Origin: Candidatus Latescibacterota bacterium
Lineage (GTDB): Bacteria > Latescibacterota > UBA2968
Assembly: GCA_965205975.1 (NCBI GenBank)
Contig: OZ242195.1
Coordinates: forward strand, 896,001-960,000
Direction of reading: 5' to 3'
DNA: 64,000 nt
The notes under the pieces were generated by a model. The model ran no database searches and was not told the DNA's origin. It saw nothing but the letters and a program-made list of their open reading frames with translations. The position numbers and the translations under genes were made by a program. Positions 46,607-56,135 of this stretch are shown here, piece after piece; within the stretch, counting starts at the first letter, position 1; every line of letters begins with the position of its first letter.

Positions 46607-48829
46607 ATGTCTGATGCAGAAATAAAAGAGTTATATGGGGGTGCGATAGTGAGTCCATCGGAAGATGTGGTGGCCGGATCTTATGGCACCTGGACGCTGA
46701 CTTATACGGCAGGGGAAAAAGGGATTGCGAGAGGAGGGACAATTCGGATTTATACGGATGCGGATTCAGACCGCGCTACTCCTCAGATGGATGATCCCAC
46801 TGGGGCGGATTATTTGACGGTTGACGCGCCGAGAGAAGCGCGTGTGGGTACTCTGGTGCAGAGTATGATGTCGCTTTTGCTGACTGTGAATGGACGCGCT
46901 TTGGCAGCGGGTGAGGAGGTCTCGGTGACTTATGGCGATACGACAGGTGGCGGACCGGGTTTTCGGTCGCAGACTTTTGCCGAGGCGCAGCACTTTTTCT
47001 GGGTAGCTGTCGATGCGGGAGATGGTGAGGCCGCGTTATTGCCCGATCCGTCGTCTTTGCGCATTGTAGGGGGCGAGGCTGTGAAGCTGGTGATCAATGC
47101 GCCGTCTATTGTCGAGTCTGGCAAACCGTTTCGCATTCAGGTCAAGGCCGAAGATGCCTGGGGCAATCCTGCGGTCTCTTATCGAGGGGATGTGACCCTC
47201 AATGGCCATGATGTGCAGGTGTCTCAAACCGTGAGTTTTGGCGATGCAGACGGTGGCGTGCGATGGATGGATGAGTGTGTGGTAGAGCGCGGAGGCGTTC
47301 ATCGTATTGATGCCGACGATGGCACACTGGTAGCGCAGAGCAATCCGATCGCGTGTCGCAATGCAGCACCGCAATTCGCGTTGTATTGGGGGGACTCACA
47401 CGGCGGTCAGGTGGCTATGGCGGAGAAGATTCCCGATTTTTTCAGGTATGCGCGAGATGTTGCAGCGATCCACTTTGCGGGGTATCAGCGCAACGATCAC
47501 GTTTTGAGCAAACGCGATTGGGTGTTGCAGCAAGAGACGGAACACGCGTATAATCAGCCGGGGCAATTTGTCGCTTTACCGGGCTTTGAGTGGTCGGCAC
47601 AAACCACGCGAGGCGGGCATCACAACGTGTATTTTCGGCGGCACGATCAGCCGATCCGCCGGTCTGGACATGAGGGATTGGATGACAAGTCGGACGAAGA
47701 TACGGACTTGAGGCATATTACAGAGGTCTATGAAGCGTATCGCGGGACGGATACGGTGATTACGGCTCATGTGGGCGGTGAGCATTCCGATTTGCAATAC
47801 CACGATCCCTATCTGGAACCCGCTGTGGAAGTGACATCGGATCACGGGACATTTGAGTGGATTTTGAAGGAGACCTTTGAGCGCGATTATCGCATGGGAT
47901 TTTTTGGCGGGAGCGATAGCCACAACGGGCGACCGGGCGGCGATACGCCGGGTTTTCAACACCGCCGTTATGCCAAGGCGGGATTGGCTGCGGTGTACGC
48001 ACCAGAGTTGACGATTGAGAGTGTCTTGGATGCGTACAAAGCGAGGCGGATTTACGCGACGACAGGTGCGCGGATTTTGCTGCATACTTCGTGCGAAGAC
48101 CATTTGATGGGGGAGGAGTTCACAACGGGAAATACACCGCATATCTCGGCTTTTGTAGCGGGTACTGCGCCGTATGAATCTGTGGAATTGTACCGTGGGT
48201 TGGAACGGATTTATAGCCATCCGATTGAAGGAGAAAAAGACCGCACTCGCGTGCGTATTTTGTGGGAGGGCGCGAGTCGCAAGAGCAGTTATTCCGGGGT
48301 GATCTGGGAGGGGACACTGAGGGTGTCGGGGCGCGCGATTAATGGCGTTGAAAAAATTCGGTTTGACAGTCCGAGGTCCCGCGTTTATGATGTGACTGAT
48401 GAGGGGTTGCGCTGGTATTCTGTGGCGTGTGGGTATCGCAGTGGTATTATTCTCGACTTGCCGGGCGATGGCGATGTGGATATTGAATGCGTGGTGAATA
48501 CTTCGGTTATTACCGGTCCCTTATTCGGCGATCAGGGTATCAAACCGCCGAGGCGCATGTCTTATGCACCGGCTGAAAAGGTCGGATTTCACGTCGGGTC
48601 AAGTGATCTGGAAAATGGTCCGGTGACAATGGAACTGGGACCATTGAATCGGCGCGTGACCATTGATTTTGCGCCCGAGGCACAGGCCGTGGGTGAGGTG
48701 TCGTTCGATTTTACCGATGAAGACGCAAAGCCGGGCATTAATCCGTATTATGTTCGCGTGGTGCAAACCGATATGGAGATGGCCTGGAGCAGTCCAATTT
48801 TTGTAGATTATGCCGTGGAGGAGGATTAA
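46607..48829 (+). CDS. DUF3604/PHP-like metallohydrolase
   Basis: YWGDSHG, NDH, PGFEWS, GHHNVYF, GGSDSH, YATTG, YYVRV.Q.D..MAWSSPI. Confidence 0.82.
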   Translation: MSDAEIKELYGGAIVSPSEDVVAGSYGTWTLTYTAGEKGIARGGTIRIYTDADSDRATPQMDDPTGADYLTVDAPREARVGTLVQSMMSLLLTVNGRALAAGEEVSVTYGDTTGGGPGFRSQTFAEAQHFFWVAVDAGDGEAALLPDPSSLRIVGGEAVKLVINAPSIVESGKPFRIQVKAEDAWGNPAVSYRGDVTLNGHDVQVSQTVSFGDADGGVRWMDECVVERGGVHRIDADDGTLVAQSNPIACRNAAPQFALYWGDSHGGQVAMAEKIPDFFRYARDVAAIHFAGYQRNDHVLSKRDWVLQQETEHAYNQPGQFVALPGFEWSAQTTRGGHHNVYFRRHDQPIRRSGHEGLDDKSDEDTDLRHITEVYEAYRGTDTVITAHVGGEHSDLQYHDPYLEPAVEVTSDHGTFEWILKETFERDYRMGFFGGSDSHNGRPGGDTPGFQHRRYAKAGLAAVYAPELTIESVLDAYKARRIYATTGARILLHTSCEDHLMGEEFTTGNTPHISAFVAGTAPYESVELYRGLERIYSHPIEGEKDRTRVRILWEGASRKSSYSGVIWEGTLRVSGRAINGVEKIRFDSPRSRVYDVTDEGLRWYSVACGYRSGIILDLPGDGDVDIECVVNTSVITGPLFGDQGIKPPRRMSYAPAEKVGFHVGSSDLENGPVTMELGPLNRRVTIDFAPEAQAVGEVSFDFTDEDAKPGINPYYVRVVQTDMEMAWSSPIFVDYAVEED

Positions 48830-48830
48830 A

Positions 48831-49625
48831 ATGGATGTGACGCGCATTTCGGCGTGTAGTTTTCCGCTTCGGGAAAGAGATCTGGATTATACGTTTAAGG
48901 TGATTTCCGAAGCGGGTTTTGACAAAATTGATCTGGTGGGGCGTATGCCGCATTTTTCGGTGACAGATCCAGATTACGATATGGATGAACTGCGTCGGGT
49001 ATGCGATAAGTACGGCGTGGGATTGGCAAATATCGGGTCGTACTGCGGGCGGGATTTTGTCTCTGATTCAGAAGATGACAGACAGGCGGCAATGGATGAG
49101 ATGAAAAAGACACTGGATGTGGGGAAGGCGTTTGGTTCAAAGTCCATTCGCATTATGCCGGGTGATGGCAAGCGCGCTTCGATTGATACGATAGTGCCCT
49201 ATTTTCAGAAATCTGCGGAATACGCCGAGAAATTGGGTATTTACATGGGGATTGAAAATCACGGTACTGAAATTTCTGGCAATCCAGAGGCTTGTCAGGA
49301 GATTTGTGAGAAGGTCGATTCAGAGTATTTTGGGATTTTGTACGAGCCGTGCAATTTGATGGCTGCTGGTGCAGATTATAAGTCCGCTTTTGATGTGTTT
49401 AAGGATTATATCGTGCATGTGCATATCAAGGATGGTGATTACAACTCGGAAGGGAAGTGGGAGCGTTGCATGCTCGGTGACGGTATTATCGATTATCATT
49501 GGGTGTGGGATCAGGTGGAAGCACTGGGCTACGACCGGGATTACGCACTGGAGTTTGAGGTGGGCGATATCGAACCCGTTGAGACGGGGTACCGGAAGTG
49601 GTATGAGACGTGGGAGAAGGCGTAG
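48831..49625 (+). CDS. Sugar phosphate isomerase/epimerase (TIM barrel)
   Basis: IENH, EPCN, VHVHIKD, G.G.ID, LEFE. Confidence 0.88.
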   Translation: MDVTRISACSFPLRERDLDYTFKVISEAGFDKIDLVGRMPHFSVTDPDYDMDELRRVCDKYGVGLANIGSYCGRDFVSDSEDDRQAAMDEMKKTLDVGKAFGSKSIRIMPGDGKRASIDTIVPYFQKSAEYAEKLGIYMGIENHGTEISGNPEACQEICEKVDSEYFGILYEPCNLMAAGADYKSAFDVFKDYIVHVHIKDGDYNSEGKWERCMLGDGIIDYHWVWDQVEALGYDRDYALEFEVGDIEPVETGYRKWYETWEKA

Positions 49626-49675
49626 GGGCTTGGGGGCTGGTGGGCTGATCGCTGGCTGCAGGAAAAATTTTCGCC

Positions 49676-50350
49676 TCACAATAGCTCAATTGCCGCGTCG
49701 AGGCGGGAGAGTATGCGGTCGGCTGTGTCGTGATTTTGATGTGCGGTAAAGAAATTGGGTACGGCGAAGACGGTCATGCCAGCGGCTTTTCCAGATTGTA
49801 CGCCAGCCTCGCTGTCTTCAAATACGATACAGGTTTCGGGCTGGACATTGAGTTTTGCGGCGGTTTTGAGGTAGATTTCCGGGTCGGGTTTGGTGTGGGT
49901 GACGTCGCTGCCCGAAAAAATAGCGCCAAAGATGTCGTGGAGTGCGCTGGCATTTACGTGGGGCAAGACGCCGTTTTGAAGTGTGGCGCGCATGCGCTGG
50001 CGCGGTGTGGATGATGCAATGCCCAGTTTGTAGTGTTTGTTTTGAAGGTGTGATAGCAGGTCGAGAAAGCCAGGCATGAGGTCAATTTGATCGGGATCTG
50101 ATATTGCGGTTTCAAAGCGGGTCATCCACGCTTCGTGAAAGTCTTCGGGACGGATCGACAAGTCGTAGCGTTTGACGGCGTCTGCGCTGTTGTTTTCCAC
50201 GGGATGTCCAACACAGCGCACATAACCTTCGCGCGGTATGTCAATTCCCAGTTCGTTGAGGGTCTGGTTATAGGTGTTGTAATAAATATTTTCCGTATCG
50301 ACAATCAGGCCGTCCATATCAAATATGACGGCCTGGTATGGTTTATGCAT
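49676..50350 (-). CDS. HAD family phosphatase (beta-PGM-like)
   Basis: FDMDGLIVDTE, ASS, KPDPEIY, FEDS..G. Confidence 0.92.
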   Translation of the reverse strand: MHKPYQAVIFDMDGLIVDTENIYYNTYNQTLNELGIDIPREGYVRCVGHPVENNSADAVKRYDLSIRPEDFHEAWMTRFETAISDPDQIDLMPGFLDLLSHLQNKHYKLGIASSTPRQRMRATLQNGVLPHVNASALHDIFGAIFSGSDVTHTKPDPEIYLKTAAKLNVQPETCIVFEDSEAGVQSGKAAGMTVFAVPNFFTAHQNHDTADRILSRLDAAIELL

Positions 50351-50359
50351 AGTTTTATC

Positions 50360-51673
50360 CTACAAGCTCAAGGTGAGAAGTGAGTCTTCTTGGAGTTTAT
50401 GGAAATCGGAAAAATCCCGTGCAGCGCGGATGTGTTGCGGCGTCAGATCCGGAAAATCAACTAACAGTTCATCCTCAGTCATCCCTCCAGCCAGGTATTC
50501 CAATACGTCATATACGGTAATTCGGGTGCCTTTGAAGCATGGCTTGCCACTACGGACAAAAGGTCGAGGCTCAATGTAGTCTTCAAAGCTCATTTTGCGA
50601 TACTTTGCAGTACTTTCTTTTATCCAATTCCTGTCTTCCGTTCGTGTAATTTTAATGTAATCTTCAAAGCTCATTTTGCGATACTTTGCAGCATCGCGCA
50701 TGATGCGATACCTTGCAGCATTCTCTTCTGGACGATTCCTGTCTTTAGAATGTGCGGCTTTATTGCGTCCGTACTCGCGTATCCTTTGGGAGAAACCAGC
50801 GGCATCCGCGAGGGCGATCCACTTTTTGTCATTGGTAGCCAAGACGTAGTCATCATCAGTCGCGTAAAGAAAAAAATCAATATCCCCACTATCGTTTTTT
50901 TCGGGCAAAAGCCCTTCCGTCATGAGGCGGATCAAATATTGCGTGTATATGTGGGAGTAGCACTCTATCCTGGTAATGGCATCGGTTAATTTATTTACTT
51001 TTTCTTTGGTAATTACACGGAGATCATTATTATCTGCCTTAAATAAAGCACGCATCTGGCAAGCAGATATAACCTGGGAAAACCATTCTCTCGACTTCAT
51101 TCCATAGAAGAACTTTTTTTTCCCTTCGCCGCGTAGTTTCGGCATAGACGAAGGTCGCTTTTTCGGATCTTTTGAGTACCACTCTTGAAACCCCGGGATG
51201 TTCTCCTGCATCAAGGAGATAAGAGAATCTACCCACTCTTGCTCGCCCCTCTCGCGCCATGTCGCTGTAAACGGTACATCCAGGCTCCATCGGTCACGAA
51301 GTTCGTAGTCCGGTACGCCTCTGCGAACTTCCTCAAGGCTCTGACCTGTGGTCAGAGCGTGGACAGCGTCGGAATATGAGGATGGCGGTTCCGCCAACTT
51401 GTAACCAAATACCATAGCCAGATGCGACTCGGGATCCGGAAGTTCGTCTATCCGGTGCTTGAGAATGACATTAGCCGCTGCCTTTCGATCTTCATAAGAC
51501 CTGTCATTGAGTTTAGATACCAACTCAATGATTGAGATGGGAGAGTAGCAGAGGTGCTCTCCAGGTTGTCTGACATCCTCAATGCGGATGCGATTCAGTC
51601 CTATGTCGTAAAGCACATTCGTATCAAGAATCACTATCTTGGCCGTATTGTGCTCCTTTTTGTTCCCCATCAC
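50360..51673 (-). CDS. PIN-like protein fused to a C-terminal DUF433 domain
   Basis: N-terminal ILDTNV..D, NDSGD...TNDK; C-terminal RSGKPCFKGTRITVYDVLEYLAGGM...L.DFPDL. Confidence 0.75.
   Translation of the reverse strand: MMGNKKEHNTAKIVILDTNVLYDIGLNRIRIEDVRQPGEHLCYSPISIIELVSKLNDRSYEDRKAAANVILKHRIDELPDPESHLAMVFGYKLAEPPSSYSDAVHALTTGQSLEEVRRGVPDYELRDRWSLDVPFTATWRERGEQEWVDSLISLMQENIPGFQEWYSKDPKKRPSSMPKLRGEGKKKFFYGMKSREWFSQVISACQMRALFKADNNDLRVITKEKVNKLTDAITRIECYSHIYTQYLIRLMTEGLLPEKNDSGDIDFFLYATDDDYVLATNDKKWIALADAAGFSQRIREYGRNKAAHSKDRNRPEENAARYRIMRDAAKYRKMSFEDYIKITRTEDRNWIKESTAKYRKMSFEDYIEPRPFVRSGKPCFKGTRITVYDVLEYLAGGMTEDELLVDFPDLTPQHIRAARDFSDFHKLQEDSLLTLSL
50573..50691. repeat. 38-bp direct repeat inside the PIN-DUF433 gene
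   Basis: 50573-50610 and 50654-50691 (1 mismatch), encoding AKYRKMSFEDYI twice. Confidence 0.9.
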
Positions 51674-51836
51674 GGCGCAGATTTTTGTGAGGAGAGACAG
51701 TGCTTACTACGCGACTGCGATCTTGTATTTCAGCGGCTTTATAGCGGGCCACCAATTGGTTAAGATCGCCGCCGCACTCTTCCAGGAGTTTCTGCCTTAT
51801 CTGGTGTATTTCTTCAACAATGGGATCGCGTTTCAT
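51624..51836 (-). CDS. Small PIN-associated putative antitoxin
   Basis: MKRDPIVEEIHQIR...GDL; same family as 55424-55612. Confidence 0.65.
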   Translation of the reverse strand: MKRDPIVEEIHQIRQKLLEECGGDLNQLVARYKAAEIQDRSRVVSTVSPHKNLRRDGEQKGAQYGQDSDS

Positions 51837-51853
51837 AGTTTTCTTCTTTTGAT

Positions 51854-51925
51854 CTACTCAGGTGGATAAATTTGAAAATGAAATCTGAGCCGAGTGGGTA
51901 TATCCTCGTCAAGTAGTATTCGCAC
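51854..51925 (-). pseudogene. Truncated DUF5615 toxin
   Basis: GTG start overlapping the DUF433 end; MRILLDEDIPTRLRFHF then a stop at 23 aa. Confidence 0.65.
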
Positions 51926-52157
51926 TATGTGTTCCCAGATGATCCAGAGCCTTGGATGAGACTTCGAGATAGGATTCGACCTGCCAACGTGTGACAGTGG
52001 GAAAATCCTTTAGAAATTCTCCAATGTCATAACCTCCTTTGAGATAATCCACGAGTGTATCAACAGGTACCCGAGTGCCCGAAAATACCAGATCTCCACT
52101 GTGAATTTCAGGATCACGCGAGACAACGCGCCCCATTTCAACCGTATTGTATTTCAT
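51909..52157 (-). CDS. DUF433 family antitoxin
   Basis: RDPEIHSG..VF.GTRVPV..L.DYL..G....EFL.DFPTV; ATG after AGGAG. Confidence 0.88.
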   Translation of the reverse strand: MKYNTVEMGRVVSRDPEIHSGDLVFSGTRVPVDTLVDYLKGGYDIGEFLKDFPTVTRWQVESYLEVSSKALDHLGTHSANTT

Positions 52158-52191
52158 TTTCGGTCTCCTTCTGTTGCTTCGCATCTTACCG

Positions 52192-55100
52192 TCATTCAGT
52201 CGGGATTGTCACCAGATTTTTCTCCGTATCATTATACAATATATCAAGTTCTTGCTGAATCTCAAGGGTGATACCAATAGCCGTTACCATTCGGCAATAG
52301 GTACGGATGTCGTGGAGTTCGAGACGACGGTCTTTGCGGTCTTTTAGCCATTTGTCGCAGACTTGATAGCCGCCGATTCGATATTCGTAAACGTCTGGAG
52401 AGATGGGGCCGAAATAGTGCGTTTTGTTGATATACATGCGGCATTCATCTGGGGCATAGTAAAAGCCCTGTGTTTTTGTCCGTGCGACCATTGCGTCGCC
52501 TTCGCCCTCGAAGCGGCAGACAGGCGGATCGAGTTCTGGGGATGTGAGGAGATGGAGGTCGGATAGTCGTTTGCCGAGCGATGCTACTTTGATGAACAAG
52601 GATTTGTCCGCTGTGAATGGGACGCGCGGGAAGTCGCTTCGCAAAAACTCTGCGTATTTCTCGCGGTAGGTCGGGGCATGGAGAATGGCGTAGATGTAAT
52701 GGAAAATCGCCTCGGGCGATGGCTCGCTACCATGCGCGTTCTCCAGTGCTGCAAACAGATTCGGATTGAGGTTCGGTTGTCGCTCTGTTGGTTCGAGTTG
52801 CGCGAAGAGGTCATCGCGGTCAGCGGTGGGGTAGAGGTAGAGAGGACAGATATAGCCGCGCTCTCGGGTTTTGTTCGAGACATAACAATCATTAGCAATA
52901 CCGTTTGTAACCAAGCAATGCTGCCAGGTTTCACTGACAATTTGCCGACAAACCAGAAGTGCCTGATTCTCTCCAGCAAGCATGTGTTGCATAACTTCCG
53001 AGCGAGGGCGGCAGATAAAACCCCGTGACCGGCCCGTGTAATACGTGTGGCGCGTGTCAAAGGGTCGATATGATACCGGGACAATCATTTCAAGTGAAGG
53101 ACCAGAGTTCAGTAAGTCCTTTTGCGCCCATTCAACCTTCCAATCTTGTGCATCTTTGCCGAGTTCGTACGCCTGTCGCGCCAATTCCTCATCCATTTGC
53201 GAAAACGCACGTACGAGGTCCCACGCTTCTTGCTCTGACCAGCGAATTGTCAGGCGGTCACGTGCGGTGACAATCCCGACACTGTTGATTGGGAATATAT
53301 CGGAAACAGAAGGGAACCGGCGATACTCGGCTTCGCGTGCGTCGTCGCGGGGGATGAACATATAGAATGGCGAGCGCGGGGTTATTTTTTGCCATTCTGT
53401 GCCGCCGAGGTCATGATCGTCCAAATAGTCATACTTGCTTTCGCGTGTGCCGTAGCGTTCGGCGTAATGTATGATTGCATCGCGCTTTTTCTTTTTGCCG
53501 CGCTTGACGAAAAAAGCGATTGCCACACCTTGACGGATATCGAAGACGTTTTTATCGGGGCTGCCGTCCGGAGCCGTCTCTTTTTTCAACGAATTGCCGT
53601 GCAGGTCGAGGATATAGATGTCGTCGAAGGTGTGCATCAGGCTTTGGCGCATGCCTCGAAAGGTGGGGTTGTCGAGGTAGCTGTGGTTGGTGATCATGCC
53701 GACGACGCCCCGCCCGGCTTGCTCAATTTTCCATTGGGCAAAACGGAGGAATTTAACGTAGTCGTCTTGAAGCCATTTCGGATTTTTCTCACCCAATGGC
53801 TCGCCATCTACCTGTTTGTACCCGCCGATCAATTCGCCTTCCACCATCTTGCCATCAATCAATTCTCGTATCCAAGTGCCGGTGTTGCTCGAATGCCCCG
53901 AATAGGGTGGATTGCCCTGGATGAGGAGGATCGGGGTTTGCTTTTTGACTGCGCCAGCCAGACGCGATTCTTCTGCCAGCGCGGAGAGGCCGGGCAATCG
54001 GCTCTGTTCCAGTTCCTCTGTGTCGAGGGTGTTGGTGAGGTAGAAGGGCACGCGCTCGTTGTCGTCAAGGCGGTGGCCGAGTTCTTCGAGGAAAAAGCTC
54101 ATTTTGAGATGGCCGACGGCATAAGGCGCCATCATGAGTTCGAGTGCGTAGAAATTTTTAAGAATATGGGAGCGGATGAAGTCTGTGCGTCCGCCGCTGC
54201 CGTACTTGGCCTCGAACTCGGCGACAGCTTCTTGGGCTGCCTGAGCCACAAAGGTCATGGTGCCGGCTGCGGGATCAAGCAGGGTGACGCCATCGGAGGC
54301 GAGGCCATCGCGCTTGTCAAATTCCGTCTTGAGGAGGCCGTGCAGGGATCGCACGATGTAGCCCACCACGGGTTCGGGCGTGTAATAAACCCCCCGTCGT
54401 TCGCGCTCGTCGGGATCGTATTGCGCCAAGAAGGTCTCGTAGAAATGCACGATGGGGTCGTTACCCTTGCCTTTGCGGTAGTAGCGTTCAAGAATACCGG
54501 GCGCGTCGGCCACGGCCAAAACTTCGGCGAGGTCATCTACGCACCAGGCGAGTTGATCGGGCAAGTCGTCAAGCGAGATGTAGCGAAACAGATCCCGCAA
54601 GACGCCGATGGTATGCGGGATATTATCAAACGCCACGCGCCGATTGAAGCCATCGCCAGATCGGGTACGTGCGGCGAACAGGCCGTAGGTGATGGTTTGT
54701 GCGAATAGATCGGCGAAGTCTTCGGGTGTCAGCGATCCGATGAGGTAGGTTTGGAAGGCTTCAAAGAAACCGGCGATTCTGCTGTCCTGTTCATCGCTCA
54801 ATTGCTCGCCGATTACATCGCGGAGGAGGCGTGTACGTTTTGCCAGTTCAACGGCGAGGGATTCGGCGGTAAATGTTTGGGGGAGTGCGAATTCCAGGAA
54901 TCGGTTCAGGAGGGCGTAGAGGTCATTTTGATTTTCAAGTGGTGGCGTTGTACCCAGTTTGTTGAGCACGATGGGACGGCCAGATAGGACGGTCTCGACG
55001 CGTTCGCCATTTCGGTACAGGCGAAATTCGAGGAAGTTGGTGAGGATGAGATTCGGAAAGGTTTCGCGGTAGCGTTTGAGTTGTTCGGTATTTTCGATAC

Positions 55101-55392
55101 GATCCAGGCGATCTTCGGTGGGATTCTTGGCTTCGATGTAGCCGATGATGCGGTCTGTTCCATTCCAGAGTCGGAAATCTGGATTCCCGCCCTCGGTGGG
55201 TCTTGGAAGCGTGGTGACGTGTACCTGGGACCGCTCAGTGACTTGGGCCATTTCCTTCAGCATATCTGCCAGTGCGGGATAAAAACTCTCCTCCCGCGCA
55301 TCGCCTTGTTGGGCTACAGCAGTTAGGTTTTTCAGATACCTTGAGAAGCATGTGCTGGCGCGGTGTACGTCAGTGATGGTCTTTTTGCTCAC
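52192..55392 (-). CDS. Single-chain restriction-modification enzyme (Type IIG/ISP-like: nuclease + N6A MTase + specificity domain)
   Basis: PDF...GYIEAK nuclease, GVYYTP, LDPAAGT, GNPPY, YRPFD, IGGYQV..KWLK.R; no helicase motifs. Confidence 0.9.
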   Translation of the reverse strand: MSKKTITDVHRASTCFSRYLKNLTAVAQQGDAREESFYPALADMLKEMAQVTERSQVHVTTLPRPTEGGNPDFRLWNGTDRIIGYIEAKNPTEDRLDRIENTEQLKRYRETFPNLILTNFLEFRLYRNGERVETVLSGRPIVLNKLGTTPPLENQNDLYALLNRFLEFALPQTFTAESLAVELAKRTRLLRDVIGEQLSDEQDSRIAGFFEAFQTYLIGSLTPEDFADLFAQTITYGLFAARTRSGDGFNRRVAFDNIPHTIGVLRDLFRYISLDDLPDQLAWCVDDLAEVLAVADAPGILERYYRKGKGNDPIVHFYETFLAQYDPDERERRGVYYTPEPVVGYIVRSLHGLLKTEFDKRDGLASDGVTLLDPAAGTMTFVAQAAQEAVAEFEAKYGSGGRTDFIRSHILKNFYALELMMAPYAVGHLKMSFFLEELGHRLDDNERVPFYLTNTLDTEELEQSRLPGLSALAEESRLAGAVKKQTPILLIQGNPPYSGHSSNTGTWIRELIDGKMVEGELIGGYKQVDGEPLGEKNPKWLQDDYVKFLRFAQWKIEQAGRGVVGMITNHSYLDNPTFRGMRQSLMHTFDDIYILDLHGNSLKKETAPDGSPDKNVFDIRQGVAIAFFVKRGKKKKRDAIIHYAERYGTRESKYDYLDDHDLGGTEWQKITPRSPFYMFIPRDDAREAEYRRFPSVSDIFPINSVGIVTARDRLTIRWSEQEAWDLVRAFSQMDEELARQAYELGKDAQDWKVEWAQKDLLNSGPSLEMIVPVSYRPFDTRHTYYTGRSRGFICRPRSEVMQHMLAGENQALLVCRQIVSETWQHCLVTNGIANDCYVSNKTRERGYICPLYLYPTADRDDLFAQLEPTERQPNLNPNLFAALENAHGSEPSPEAIFHYIYAILHAPTYREKYAEFLRSDFPRVPFTADKSLFIKVASLGKRLSDLHLLTSPELDPPVCRFEGEGDAMVARTKTQGFYYAPDECRMYINKTHYFGPISPDVYEYRIGGYQVCDKWLKDRKDRRLELHDIRTYCRMVTAIGITLEIQQELDILYNDTEKNLVTIPTE

Positions 55393-55423
55393 GGAACGAT
55401 CCTGTTGTCACCCGATACGGCGA

Positions 55424-55612
55424 TTACCTGGTGAGACTATCCGGTTTCGTAGCTGTTGTGACAGAACGCGGTGGCAACGAAACAATTTTGTGACCACTTT
55501 TTTTTTGTTGCTCGCGGGCGGCGCGGCAGATCGCTTTGATGTCGTGATGAAACCTCGCTGCATACACCTGGCGATTGCGGCGAATTTCTTCAACAATGGA
55601 ATCACGCCACAT
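55424..55612 (-). CDS. Small PIN-associated putative antitoxin
   Basis: MWRDSIVEEIRRNR..YAARF..D; RBS GGAGG; directly after the PIN gene. Confidence 0.75.
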   Translation of the reverse strand: MWRDSIVEEIRRNRQVYAARFHHDIKAICRAAREQQKKSGHKIVSLPPRSVTTATKPDSLTR

Positions 55613-55614
55613 GA

Positions 55615-56082
55615 TTATACCTCCATGAGTTCTTGGGGTGTACAGATTGTTGGCGGTTCGTAACCAAAGGTGCGGCAAATTGTCTCGATTTGAGGACGCA
55701 GTATAGCGTTGGCTATATGCGTACAATTCCAGGTTAGCAGGTAGGCCATGCTGTGAACAGTTGCAATCGCAATGTGTAAGGCATCGACTTGGGCCTTCTG
55801 GGGTAGAGGTACTTGCTGGACTAATACCTCAGCGAAATTCTCAACGGTTCCTGTGACATCAAGTTGTCGGATATCAGCGATCATCTCCAGACGCTCTTTA
55901 ACAGCACTCTCATCTCCTACCTTGCATTCGTCAATGACAAATTGCGAAATGAATATATCAAAACTTTCTCGATGTTCGTTCCACCAATCGTGGGTTAATC
56001 GTTGGTTCGCCGCTGTAATTAAATCACGGCTCGGCCGCGATGCGAGATAACCGATGATGCTGGTTTCGATATAAACTGTCAT
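55615..56082 (-). CDS. PIN-domain (VapC-like) toxin
   Basis: VYIETSII.YL, S..V..E, DALHIA.A, YLLTWNC.HIAN, ICTP.EL. Confidence 0.88.
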   Translation of the reverse strand: MTVYIETSIIGYLASRPSRDLITAANQRLTHDWWNEHRESFDIFISQFVIDECKVGDESAVKERLEMIADIRQLDVTGTVENFAEVLVQQVPLPQKAQVDALHIAIATVHSMAYLLTWNCTHIANAILRPQIETICRTFGYEPPTICTPQELMEV

Positions 56083-56135
56083 AGGACGACCGCCATACGA
56101 ATCGCCATTATCAAGAAGCATTTCGACTACTTATG

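Noticed and set aside
53389..54708. 439-aa plus-strand ORF and other long antisense ORFs (e.g. 39366-40283, 1378-2091)
   Set aside because: Shadow ORFs opposite well-supported genes, with no recognisable motifs.
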